Of a stretch of DNA of 64,000 nucleotides, positions 23,043 to 31,483 are shown one piece after another; position 1 is the stretch's first letter; each line of letters starts with the position of its first letter. This stretch comes from a candidate division FCPU426 bacterium. Its GTDB lineage: Bacteria > Oederibacteriota > Muellerivitia > Muellerivitales > Muellerivitaceae. The notes beneath the pieces are model-generated. The model ran no database searches and was not told the DNA's origin. It saw only the letters and a list, made by a program, of their open reading frames with translations. Both the position numbers and the translations under genes were made by a program. The stretch covers positions 32,374 to 96,373 of the forward strand of contig JASHNQ010000049.1 in assembly GCA_030041545.1 (NCBI GenBank), given 5' to 3'.

Positions 23043-23711
23043 TTAATTCGAAAGCACCCTTTCCTTCGCCTGGCCCTTGTTCGGCTGTGGCGTCAAACGA
23101 AGGTAAGGCCGCAGGGTCTTATAACCCTTGGGGAACCGTTCCTTCAGTTCCTTCTCGTCCTTCACGGCCGGCACGATGACCACGTCGTCCCCGTCCTTCC
23201 AGTTCACCGGGGTGGCCACTTTGTGGTTGTCCGTCAATTGCAAAGAATCGATCACCCGGAGAATTTCGTTGAAATTCCGACCCGTGCTGGCCGGGTAAGT
23301 GATGGTGGCCCGCACCTTTTTCTCCGGGTCGATGATGAAGACCGACCGGACCGTGGCGTTGGCCAGGGAATTGGGATGGATGAGGTCGTACAGCAACGAG
23401 ACCTTGTAGTCATGGTCCGCCAAGATGGGGAAATTCACCCGGGTTCCCTGGGTTTCGTTGATGTCCGGTATCCAACCCTTATGGTTCTCGACCGTGTCCA
23501 CGGAAAGGGCGATGACCTTTGCTCCCCTTTTCTCGAACTCAGGCTTCAACCTGGCGGTTTCGCCCAGTTCGGTGGTGCAGACAGGCGTGAAGTCCGCCGG
23601 ATGGGAAAACAAGACCACCCAGTTCTTTCCAGCCCATTCGTAGAATTGGATCCTGCCCTCGCTGGAATCCTGCGTGAAATCGGGCGCTACGTCTCCTAGT
23701 CTAAGTGCCAT
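23043..23711 (-). CDS. 1-Cys peroxiredoxin (Prx6/LsfA-like)
   Basis: LFSHPADFTPVCTTELG, YPASTGRNFNEILRVIDSLQLT, VATPVNW, PYLRLTPQP. Confidence 0.92.
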   Translation of the reverse strand: MALRLGDVAPDFTQDSSEGRIQFYEWAGKNWVVLFSHPADFTPVCTTELGETARLKPEFEKRGAKVIALSVDTVENHKGWIPDINETQGTRVNFPILADHDYKVSLLYDLIHPNSLANATVRSVFIIDPEKKVRATITYPASTGRNFNEILRVIDSLQLTDNHKVATPVNWKDGDDVVIVPAVKDEKELKERFPKGYKTLRPYLRLTPQPNKGQAKERVLSN

Positions 23712-23752
23712 GACATGCCTCCTAAATTTTTTTAGAGGCGGTCCTTAAAACG

Positions 23753-23789
23753 AAAAACCCGGGACCGCTTCTGAAGGCGGCTCGGGTTT
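23753..23789 (-). terminator. Intrinsic terminator following riboswitch copy B
   Basis: Minus strand AAACCCGAGCCGCCTTCAGAAGCGGTCCCGGGTTTTT. Confidence 0.7.
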
Positions 23790-23811
23790 CCTGGATTTCC
23801 GGAAAGCAGGC

Positions 23812-23949
23812 GCCGCTTTAGCTCCCTGTTCATTAATTTCCTAGGGAGAAGCTCCCTGGAAACCAATCCGGCCGGGGCAAGTTGACGAAAACCCTTGTTT
23901 TTCAAGGTTTTCCGGGGTCCTTTTGGAACCCGCATTAAAGCCTCACCGG
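23812..23949 (-). promoter_or_regulatory. SAM-II-like riboswitch aptamer candidate (copy B, with inserted hairpins)
   Basis: CCGGTGAGG-CTTTAA-[two hairpins]-CAACTTGC-CCCGGCCGG-[hairpin]-AACAGGGAGCTAAAGCGG. Confidence 0.58.
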
Positions 23950-23988
23950 GGCGTTTTTGGTCAAAAACGCCTAAAACCGCCTGAAAAC

Positions 23989-24024
23989 AAAAAACCCAGG
24001 CCGCTTTTAAAGCGGTCTGGGTTT
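23989..24024 (-). terminator. Intrinsic terminator following riboswitch copy A
   Basis: Minus strand AAACCCAGACCGCTTT-AAAAGCGGCCTGGG-TTTTTT. Confidence 0.75.
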
Positions 24025-24046
24025 AGGAGCTTTCCCTTAAACTTTT

Positions 24047-24115
24047 ACCGCTTTAGCTCGCTGTTCGATTCCTTTAGGAATCACGCCGGAGCAAGTTGGA
24101 ACTTAAAGCCCGCGT
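24047..24115 (-). promoter_or_regulatory. SAM-II-like riboswitch aptamer candidate (copy A)
   Basis: ACGCGGG-CTTTAA...CAACTTGC-TCCGGCGT-[GATTCCT AA AGGAATC]-GAACAGCGAGCTAAAGCGG. Confidence 0.65.
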
Positions 24116-24126
24116 TATGTGAAAGA

Positions 24127-24155
24127 ATACTATCCAAACTGTCCGTTGTTGTCAA
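24127..24155 (-). promoter_or_regulatory. Sigma70-type promoter for the tandem riboswitch leader
   Basis: TTGACA-N17-TAGTAT, placing the start site a few nt before aptamer A. Confidence 0.6.
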
Positions 24156-24973
24156 TGGATTCTTTTCCGTTTCCAAAAAACCGCAATTCCAATGGCCCAA
24201 AACCAACAAAAAAACACCCTGAACAATTCCACACGGTTGCCGTGGGCGGCGACGGTTCCCACCAGGTTGATGCTGAAATGAAACAGGATGGCCGAAAGAA
24301 TGCTTCGGCGCGCGAGGTCGTAAATCCAGGTCATGACAACGGAAACGGGAAGGATGCCGGCAAAGAACAGGAAAAACCCAACCGTCCCTACGCCCAAGGT
24401 GGATTGGTAAGCACCCTTGAGAAAAAACAAGGGAAGGTGCCAGAGCCCCCACATCAACCCAAGGATCAAGCTGGCCCTCAGTGAACCGTGCCTGGCCCGC
24501 AAGCGGTCTAAGGCGTAGCCCCGCCAACCTAGTTCTTCGGGAACGGGCCCGAACAGGAACATGAAAACCAAGAAGACAGGAAGGGCCAGGGATTGGGGAA
24601 GAAACCCCTCGAAATAATGGATCGTGGTCAAATCGAGTTGAATGCCCCTGCCACCGATGAGGATGTCCACCCGACCCGCCAGCCAAGTCAAAAGCGGGAC
24701 CGCTAGGAGGGACAACTCCCAGCCCCGGAAATCCAGGCGTTTCCAATCCATGACTCTTCGCCAATAATCCCGTCGAACCTCATCTCCGCCTTCCCGGTAG
24801 GTGAAATAGATGCCGAAAACCATAGGGCCGATGCCGCCCAGGGCAAAACCCAGCTGGGTGATAAAATGCGTGGCATCCGGGCCCCAAAGGGCGGTTGGAA
24901 CCCAAAAGGCCCAGCTCCAAGCAAAAGTCAGGGTGAAGAAAAGCCAAGGGGAGGCCGCTGTCGTTTTTTTCAT
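24152..24973 (-). CDS. CPBP/Abi (type II CAAX) intramembrane metalloprotease
   Basis: EELGWRGY, WGLWHLP, AILFH motifs; multi-TM. Confidence 0.9.
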   Translation of the reverse strand: MKKTTAASPWLFFTLTFAWSWAFWVPTALWGPDATHFITQLGFALGGIGPMVFGIYFTYREGGDEVRRDYWRRVMDWKRLDFRGWELSLLAVPLLTWLAGRVDILIGGRGIQLDLTTIHYFEGFLPQSLALPVFLVFMFLFGPVPEELGWRGYALDRLRARHGSLRASLILGLMWGLWHLPLFFLKGAYQSTLGVGTVGFFLFFAGILPVSVVMTWIYDLARRSILSAILFHFSINLVGTVAAHGNRVELFRVFFCWFWAIGIAVFWKRKRIH

Positions 24974-25020
24974 AAGGCCGCCATGATGGGCTTCACGCTT
25001 TGTTCAAAACTCTCCGGCGA

Positions 25021-25341
25021 TTATTTCTTATGCTTCCTCAAAACTTCCTTTGCGGAAACACCCCTTCCGTCCCGCGCCGTCCGTTCGGCGATGGCCTCGA
25101 TTTCTTTTGCCTCTTCCGCCGTAGGTTTGAGGAAGGTTAATTCGGCGTGGTCGGCCACGGCCCGGTAGACGATGTCGGCGATCTTTTTAGCAAGGGGATG
25201 GTGGCCGAACTCTTCGTTTAAGGTCTGGGCCACGGCATGGTCGATGAACTGGTTGATGCTCTTGTAATGAAGCTTATTTTTAACCAGGTTTTCCAGTTTG
25301 CGTTTTCCCATCCTCGGACGGTAACTGATAACGCCTTCCAT
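25021..25341 (-). CDS. Putative antitoxin with ribbon-helix-helix-like N-terminus
   Basis: VISYRP (strand), a helix, then YKSINQFIDHAV. The C-terminus 'GRGVSAKEVLRK' is typical of antitoxin tails. Lies downstream of a RelE-like ORF. Confidence 0.5.
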   Translation of the reverse strand: MEGVISYRPRMGKRKLENLVKNKLHYKSINQFIDHAVAQTLNEEFGHHPLAKKIADIVYRAVADHAELTFLKPTAEEAKEIEAIAERTARDGRGVSAKEVLRKHKK

Positions 25342-25402
25342 AAAAACCCCCGTACCCCAGTTGGCGGGCACGGGTTAATTGTATGCTACTTGTATGCTTT
25401 TT

Positions 25403-25708
25403 TCAAGAAGAAGGATGTGAAGTGGGTGGCCTGGGACGGAAACGCGTGAGGATCACTCTCTCGACCACGTGATTTTTGTCGTAATAGACCTTTCCCTGGA
25501 TATCAAAGGGGATATGGTGGTCCGATTTGAAGACATCCATCCCCAGGTGGTCATGAAGGTCCACCCAATCCTCGGGGGGAAAATCAACCAGGTCTTCCAG
25601 GTAACGGCGGGCCCAGTCCCGCACGAGGGGCTTGCCGCATCGTTGAATCTCGCCGAACTCCCGCTCCGCCTCGGGGCTGAATAGGATTTCCACTTCCACG
25701 CGCTTCAT
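25403..25708 (-). CDS. Putative divergent RelE/ParE-fold protein
   Basis: 101 aa; N-terminus VEILFSPEAEREFGEI is RelE/ParE-like; C-terminal beta strands (VYY...RVILTRF). Confidence 0.45.
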   Translation of the reverse strand: MKRVEVEILFSPEAEREFGEIQRCGKPLVRDWARRYLEDLVDFPPEDWVDLHDHLGMDVFKSDHHIPFDIQGKVYYDKNHVVERVILTRFRPRPPTSHPSS

Positions 25709-25868
25709 CCAAGTTCCCCTTCTCCCGGCCGGGTAGCTTTTGCAACAGCCTTGCGAAGACCAGGAGGAAAGTATACACTTGTATTCTTTTTGTTTTCAAG
25801 CGTTTTAGCGAAAAATTGGATTTTTATTTGAAAAGGCGGACGGAAATCTTACAGTTTTCGGAAAGAAA

Positions 25869-26567
25869 TCAGGATGCGCAAAGGGGTTGAGGCGTTTCAG
25901 CCCCAACCTTGCCCTTGCCGCAAGCCTCACAGTTGGGATTCCGTTGTGGGGTGATTGACCGGGCTTCCCTTTTTTGGGCGTCCACCTTCCAAAGCCGGAA
26001 GGGTCCTTGGCCTTCCGCGAGCCGAAGGGCCTCATGGGCCTGGAGATAGCCGATAGCCTGTGAAAAGGAGCCTAGGACCCCCGCTTCCTGGCAGGTGGGC
26101 ATGGCGAAGGGCGGCGGAATTTTAGGGATCAGGCACCTCAGGCAGGCCGTCTTCCCAGGCAAAACCGGCAAGACTTGGCCCTCGAACTTGACCACGCCCG
26201 CATGAACATAGGGTTTTCCCAGATTCACGCACCAATCATTCAGGAAAAATTTCTTTTCCAGTCGGTCCAGCCCGTCGATAACAAGATCATATTCGGAAAG
26301 GATTTTTTCCGCGTTTTGCGCGCCCAATGCCTCCGGAATCAGGGCCGTCTTGCACCGGGAATAATGGTTTTTCAGGTAGTCCGCAGCCGCTTCAACCTTG
26401 AGTCGGCCCAAATCCTTCTCGGAATAAAGAATCTGCCGGTGCAGGTTGGAGGGTTCCACCTTATCGGGGTCCATCAAGCCCAGGTTTTCCACGCCGGCTT
26501 CCGCCAGGGCCAGGGACGCGGGACACCCCAGTCCACCCACCCCTACCACTAAAATCCGTTTCTTCAT
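25869..26567 (-). CDS. ThiF/MoeB-family adenylyltransferase lacking the N-terminal RYSRQ segment
   Basis: GVGGLG, DPDKVEPSNLHRQ, CLRC, PTCQEAGVLG, CEAC. An in-frame TGA lies five codons upstream of the ATG. Confidence 0.9.
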   Translation of the reverse strand: MKKRILVVGVGGLGCPASLALAEAGVENLGLMDPDKVEPSNLHRQILYSEKDLGRLKVEAAADYLKNHYSRCKTALIPEALGAQNAEKILSEYDLVIDGLDRLEKKFFLNDWCVNLGKPYVHAGVVKFEGQVLPVLPGKTACLRCLIPKIPPPFAMPTCQEAGVLGSFSQAIGYLQAHEALRLAEGQGPFRLWKVDAQKREARSITPQRNPNCEACGKGKVGAETPQPLCAS

Positions 26568-26574
26568 CGCTTCC

Positions 26575-26763
26575 TCACATCAAACTGAAGACCATTATGA
26601 CGGCGCCGAGGCCGATCAAGCCGTAAGAGACGGCGAACAGGACCCAGTATGGCCATGGGACGCCTTTTTCATTTTGGGCCGGGTATAAGTCGAAGAGGCG
26701 GGAGAACCGGTTGATCCCAAAACCCAGGATGGCCAGGCAAAGCCCGCCAAAAAATTGATCCAT
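26575..26763 (-). CDS. Small two-TM membrane protein
   Basis: MDQFFGGLCLAILGFG...YWVLFAVSYGLIGLGAVIMVFSLM with a GGGAG RBS; packed between neighbouring genes. Confidence 0.5.
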   Translation of the reverse strand: MDQFFGGLCLAILGFGINRFSRLFDLYPAQNEKGVPWPYWVLFAVSYGLIGLGAVIMVFSLM

Positions 26764-26774
26764 CTGGCGCTCCC

Positions 26775-28259
26775 TTAAAAGCCAGCCCCATTGGAGTCTT
26801 CTTGTCCTGGCGCGGTCTTGATAAGGACAAGTTGATTGATATTCTCTCCATCCTTCGTGTAAAGGACCGTATATTGCCCTGGAGGCGCGTCTTTCCCGCC
26901 ATCGTCCTTGCCGTCCCATTGCACCCATTCGTCTTGTTCCGCCACAACGCGCTTCTCAAACAAATTTCTCAAATGGGCGCCGGTATTATCCACGACTTCC
27001 AGCCGGTAAATGCCCGGGCCGTCGGCGAAACTAATGTAGATATTAGCATCCATCTTTTGGAAAACAACGGTTTGGGCCTTGGCCGCGGTGGGTAAGTCGG
27101 CCACAGCGGTTGTTGGGGTGGTTGCCACTACCGTCGGCGCCGCGGCAGGCGCACTCATTTTATAAGGATCCGCCAGGCTTGTGGTTTCGAAACCAGGAAT
27201 GAGCGTGGGAGTCGGCAGTAAGCGGCGGGCTTTTCTTAAAAGAGGCTGGATCGCCGGTTGGGTGGTGAAAGTGGGTGTCGGACAGGACAACGGCGTCCAA
27301 GCCGATATATACCCCAAAGCCCCGGTTGGCTTCGGGGTGCTCGTGTCCCGGGGAATGGTGGTCCAAGTGGCTGTCGGCCACGAAGTAAAGGTGACAGTTG
27401 GCATAAGCATCGGTTTCCAAACCAAAACCGGCGCCGGCAACGGTGTCTCAGTCGGCGAAGGCGCAAAGCTGGGGGGGAGCATGATGCGTTGGGGCAGTAT
27501 GGGAATTTCCGTTGGCGTGGGTGGCGGAACCTTGTACGGCCGTCCGGATGCGGCGTCCATCGGGGCCGGCGCGCAAACCGGGTTGGAAGCGATATCGAGG
27601 TGAAATTCCCTGCGGTAAAGATGCTTCTCACCCTCGTATTGGACCTTGAAAGTTTCTCCGGCGGCGGAAAGAAATTGGATGGGCTGCCCGGTTTCAGGAT
27701 CCACCAGGGATGCCACCCCCGGGATCGCCGCGCCAAGGGCGAAAGGCGCGGCCCAAGTCGCATCGTGAAAGAACCGCCGTTGCCAATCCCGGGGCTCTTC
27801 CATTTCCCGGTTTGGAAGGTAATAGGCTTTTTGATCTCCCGTATCGTTGCTGGACAGGGCCATTTCCGTCCCGTCGGAAAAGCGAAGCCTCAGGATGTAG
27901 GCCAATCCGATTTGGCCGTTTAGCGGCCGCGGGTTGTGGTAGGCATTGTCGTTCGCAATGGCCAGGACATTATCGTTTTGGAAGTAGCAGAGGTGTTTCG
28001 GCAGGCATTGGACGGTTTGAAAGCCCTTGGGCTCGGGCGTGGTGGGCTGGCTTTCCCGGATGGGGATGCCGTTAAGCCAAACATCCGCCCAGCCATCAAC
28101 CGCGAGGTAAAGGGTGGCCGACTTTAAGTAGGTAGAAGAAACCTGTGCTAGCGCCGAAGAACAAAACAGAGCGGAAAGCGGTATCCATCCCCATAGAATC
28201 AGTTTTGAGTTTTGAGTCCTAAGTTTTGAGTTATTGATGTTTTTGAACCTCCGGTTCAA
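26775..28259 (-). CDS. Secreted protein: beta-rich N-domain, Pro/Thr-rich linker, C-terminal FlgD-Ig-like domain (start uncertain)
   Basis: Signal-like segment, 'DGWADVWLNG', PT-rich repeats and C-terminal 'VQWDGKDDGGKDAPPGQY'. Confidence 0.65.
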   Translation of the reverse strand: MNRRFKNINNSKLRTQNSKLILWGWIPLSALFCSSALAQVSSTYLKSATLYLAVDGWADVWLNGIPIRESQPTTPEPKGFQTVQCLPKHLCYFQNDNVLAIANDNAYHNPRPLNGQIGLAYILRLRFSDGTEMALSSNDTGDQKAYYLPNREMEEPRDWQRRFFHDATWAAPFALGAAIPGVASLVDPETGQPIQFLSAAGETFKVQYEGEKHLYRREFHLDIASNPVCAPAPMDAASGRPYKVPPPTPTEIPILPQRIMLPPSFAPSPTETPLPAPVLVWKPMLMPTVTFTSWPTATWTTIPRDTSTPKPTGALGYISAWTPLSCPTPTFTTQPAIQPLLRKARRLLPTPTLIPGFETTSLADPYKMSAPAAAPTVVATTPTTAVADLPTAAKAQTVVFQKMDANIYISFADGPGIYRLEVVDNTGAHLRNLFEKRVVAEQDEWVQWDGKDDGGKDAPPGQYTVLYTKDGENINQLVLIKTAPGQEDSNGAGF

Positions 28260-28286
28260 AAACGTCCACCATTAAAAATTTAAAAT

Positions 28287-29237
28287 TCATGATTTCTGGG
28301 ACCTGTATTGCTGGACGAAAAAAGCCACCTCGGCGCCGAACAAAAGGATGGTCCAGGAGAGGTAAAACCAGATGAGGATCACCGGGAATACCCACAGCGC
28401 CCCGTAAACGTGGCTCCTCTCGAAGACTTTCAAGGTGTACCAGTTCATGCCCCACCGGGCCGTCTGCAGGAGAATGGCCGCCACCAAACCCGTCAAGGCG
28501 GCCGACCGGGCTTCCACCTTGGCGTTGGGAACCCAGGCGTACATCCAGGCGCAAGCCGCCCACAAAGACAAAAAAGGCAGGACCGTTGCGAACAACCAAT
28601 GGCGGAAGGATGGATGCAGGACATTGAGGCTTCCGGCCCAACCCCTTAGGGTTAATAGAAAAAGCCCCACCAAAGGCAAGCCGATAAAAAAGGTCGCGTG
28701 GCGGATCATTTGCGCCAAAAGGGGCCGCGGCTTTTCCACACCCCAAAGGTAGTTGAAAGAATGTTCCACGTCCCGCATTAAGAAAAGGACGATCAAAAGG
28801 AACCCCAAAAAACCGATCAACCCCACGTTCTTCGAATAAAGGGCGAATTTCCTCATGGAAATACGGATTTGTTGTTTTCCCAACTGGTTTAATTGTTCCA
28901 GGTATTGGGGCTCGTCGGGGTCCAGGATGGAATTCGTGGACTGGGTCTGGATGGGATAAATCGCGTCCACGATCTGGCTCAGCAATTGTTCCCGTTTTTG
29001 GGCGAAGGCGTCGTTGGAAAGGACTGCCATAAGGATAGCCAAGGCCGGCACCAGGGCCAGGATGGTTTTGAAAGCCAGGGAGCTGGCGTAAAGGCGTTTG
29101 TGCCCGCGGTGGGGCCGGCCGCCAGTGCCCAATGCTTTTCCGGCGGCCCAAAGGATGGCTTTCAGGTCCTGCCAAATTCCGCTGGGGCGCCGGGGGTGCT
29201 TTTGCAGCCTTTGGCGGCCGTAAAAATAATTCGCCAA
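28287..29237 (-). CDS. YihY/virulence factor BrkB family membrane protein
   Basis: ASSLAFKTILALVP, VEHSFNYLW, YGALWVFPVILIWFYLSWTILLFGAE. Confidence 0.88.
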   Translation of the reverse strand: MANYFYGRQRLQKHPRRPSGIWQDLKAILWAAGKALGTGGRPHRGHKRLYASSLAFKTILALVPALAILMAVLSNDAFAQKREQLLSQIVDAIYPIQTQSTNSILDPDEPQYLEQLNQLGKQQIRISMRKFALYSKNVGLIGFLGFLLIVLFLMRDVEHSFNYLWGVEKPRPLLAQMIRHATFFIGLPLVGLFLLTLRGWAGSLNVLHPSFRHWLFATVLPFLSLWAACAWMYAWVPNAKVEARSAALTGLVAAILLQTARWGMNWYTLKVFERSHVYGALWVFPVILIWFYLSWTILLFGAEVAFFVQQYRSQKS

Positions 29238-29332
29238 GGATTTCCTTCATAAACGCTAAAATGAGCCCCATTGTAGACGAAACCGGCGACCGTTAGGTTT
29301 GGATTTCTTTATTCCCTTTCCAAGGATCCAAT

Positions 29333-29938
29333 TTGGGTAACAAAAAAATCCTGCTCTACGAGACACCGCCCGAGTGGGCCACAGGAGTCCTTCAAGACCC
29401 CTTGGCCCTTCTCTCGGACCAGGCCTACCTGGAAAAAAAGGCCGCCAATAACGCGTTGGAGTTCCTGAACCTTTGGCCCGGCGCCAAGGCCCCGGTCTAT
29501 TGGCTTTCCTCGGTGGCCGCCATTGCGGGGGACGAAACCGCCCATCTCAAGATGGTTTTAAGGCTTTTGGAAAAAAAGGGTGGCGCCTTGGAAAAATCGC
29601 ACAAAAACCCTTATGCGGTGGATTTGAACCTTTTGGTCCGAAGGGGCAAGGGGAACCAGGATTTGGCGGACCGGTTATTGATTTCCGCCTTGATTGAGGC
29701 CCGCTCCTGCGAAAGATTTAAGAGGCTGGTGGAAGCCTGTGAAGATGCTGAATTGGCGCGGTTTTACTCGGGCTTGATCGAATCGGAAAACGGCCATCAC
29801 CGGCTCTTCGTGAACATGGCCAAAAAGATCCTGCTCGCCCACGAAGTCGAGGTCCGTTGGAGCCGGTTAGTGGAGGAGGAAGCTCAAATTATCCAAAAGC
29901 AGCCGGCCGGTCCCCGGATCCACAGCGGTATGGCCTAA
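29333..29938 (+). CDS. miaE: tRNA-(ms2io6A) hydroxylase MiaE-like di-iron protein
   Basis: EKKAANNA, DETAH, DRLLISALIEARSCERF, SENGH, PRIHS. Confidence 0.8.
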   Translation: MGNKKILLYETPPEWATGVLQDPLALLSDQAYLEKKAANNALEFLNLWPGAKAPVYWLSSVAAIAGDETAHLKMVLRLLEKKGGALEKSHKNPYAVDLNLLVRRGKGNQDLADRLLISALIEARSCERFKRLVEACEDAELARFYSGLIESENGHHRLFVNMAKKILLAHEVEVRWSRLVEEEAQIIQKQPAGPRIHSGMA

Positions 29939-29952
29939 GAACAATGCCGGCC

Positions 29953-30585
29953 TTAAGTGGACGCCTGGCGTAAGGCCTTTTCAAAAACCTCCACGCCTTG
30001 GGCTCCGGAAACGGCGACTTTCCCATTGAAGATAAAAAAAGGAACGCCTGTAACACCCGTGTCGTAGGCTTTCTCCTCGGCTTCCCGGACTTCTTGCTCG
30101 TATTGGCGGCTGGCCAGCAGCATTTCCACTTTTCCCCTTTCCAAACCCACCGAGACGGCGAGATCCATCAAAACCTTCTTATCCCCCAGGTTCTTCCCCT
30201 GCGTGAAGTAAGCCTTGAAGAAGGCATTCTGGGCTTCGTTGCCCTTGCCTTCCTTCTCCGCAAGCCAAAGCACCCGGTGAGCGTTCAAGGTGTTGGGTGT
30301 CTTTTGAATGGCGTCAAACCGGTAATCGATCCCCGCTTCTTTGCCCAGCGCCGCCAGGCGGGCGTGGGCCGCGTCCAAGGCATGGGCACTCCCAAACTTG
30401 GCCGCAAGATGGGCTTTGTGATCCAGCCCTTCCTCGGGCGTGGCGGGGTTCAACTCATAGGGCATAAATCGGACGGTAAAATTCGCTTGGCCCGGAACGG
30501 ATTTCAGAGCGGTCTCCAGGCGCTTCTTCCCCAAATAACACCAAGGACAGATCACGTCAGAATAGACTTCAATCGTGATAGGCAC
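29953..30585 (-). CDS. DsbA-family (FrnE-like) oxidoreductase
   Basis: SDVICPWCYLGKKRL, PNTLNAHR, GVTGVPFF. Confidence 0.9.
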   Translation of the reverse strand: MPITIEVYSDVICPWCYLGKKRLETALKSVPGQANFTVRFMPYELNPATPEEGLDHKAHLAAKFGSAHALDAAHARLAALGKEAGIDYRFDAIQKTPNTLNAHRVLWLAEKEGKGNEAQNAFFKAYFTQGKNLGDKKVLMDLAVSVGLERGKVEMLLASRQYEQEVREAEEKAYDTGVTGVPFFIFNGKVAVSGAQGVEVFEKALRQAST

Positions 30586-30825
30586 CGCTTTCTCCTCGGC
30601 CCCCCAAAAAGTGACATAAGATAATCATCGCATAGGAGGCAAATCAAGGAGGTCATTCTAAAAAGGTCAGGGAAAAATTGGCGTGGTGCGCGTTTCAGCA
30701 TGGAGCCGCGAATGTTTGCGGACCATGACGGTTTTTTCGCACAACAAGAAATGCGTTTTTCCACGGCATCGGGGGGAGAACGGAATCCTTTCGCCGGGCC
30801 ACAAACGATGAAATTTAGCGAAAAA

Positions 30826-30843
30826 ACTACGAGTAGTGGGTGG
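30826..30843 (+). promoter_or_regulatory. Operator-like palindrome upstream of the XRE gene
   Basis: ACTAC-GA-GTAGT-GGGTGG; an inverted copy (17/18 identical) lies at 31365-31382. Confidence 0.55.
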
Positions 30844-30875
30844 TATAAACTTTACATTCTTCATACATTGATTTT

Positions 30876-31094
30876 ATGAACGAGCAAGCTATCATCCATC
30901 AATTCGGATGCAACGTGCGCAAATTAAGGTTAAAGAGGCAATGGACCCAGGAACAGTTGGCGCAACATTCCGGCCTAACCCCCAACTTCATCGGTTTTGT
31001 CGAGCGGGGCGAAAGAAACATTACGCTTAAAAACGCCGTTAAGATCGCGAAGGGCCTTAATTTCCCCGTCCACAAGTTATTCGAAGGCATTTAA
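30876..31094 (+). CDS. XRE-family HTH regulator (R-M controller-protein-like)
   Basis: VRKLR...WTQEQLA...FIGFVERGERNITLKNAVKIAKGL. Confidence 0.85.
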   Translation: MNEQAIIHQFGCNVRKLRLKRQWTQEQLAQHSGLTPNFIGFVERGERNITLKNAVKIAKGLNFPVHKLFEGI

Positions 31095-31140
31095 CCGGCC
31101 AAGGGGAAACCCGTGCGGTTCCCTTGGCGCGGCGGCGGAA

Positions 31141-31305
31141 TTACGGTTTGTCTATTTTTCCTAGGTACAACACCCTCTCCAAGGGCCATTGCTTTTCCCG
31201 TAAACATTGAAGGAGGGCTTCCGCCGAATCCTCGGCTTCAATCTTAATTGTTTCTTCCGTCCCCATGAGCCGGAAAAAGTAAGTATTGGAATCTTCTTTC
31301 ATCAT
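31141..31305 (-). CDS. Small hypothetical protein, 54 aa (not in ORF track)
   Basis: GGAGG RBS, then MMKEDSNTYFFRLMGTEETIKIEAEDSAEALLQCLREKQWPLERVLYLGKIDKP*. Confidence 0.55.
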   Translation of the reverse strand: MMKEDSNTYFFRLMGTEETIKIEAEDSAEALLQCLREKQWPLERVLYLGKIDKP

Positions 31306-31364
31306 TTCCTCCGAAAAGGGGTCGTCACCGGAGGAATCACTTTGCCCTAGACTTGGCGGTTAGG

Positions 31365-31382
31365 CCACTCACTACTCGTAGT
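31365..31382 (-). promoter_or_regulatory. Operator-like palindrome upstream of the 54-aa ORF
   Basis: Minus strand ACTAC-GA-GTAGT-GAGTGG. Confidence 0.55.
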
Positions 31383-31483
31383 ATTTGCCGCCAGAACAAT
31401 AAATGGCGCCATTGAAAATGTTCAGCCCAAAGAAAAGGCAAAAAACTGAATTATTTTGAAATTTGGGTCGTTATGATGGCCCC

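Noticed and set aside
28231-29271. 346-aa alternative-frame ORF over the YihY gene
   Set aside because: Same-strand overlap with a well-supported gene, with Pro/Gly/Arg-rich non-coding-like composition.
30552-30864. Small ORFs in the dsbA-XRE spacer
   Set aside because: No convincing RBS or motif, and they overlap each other and the operator region.
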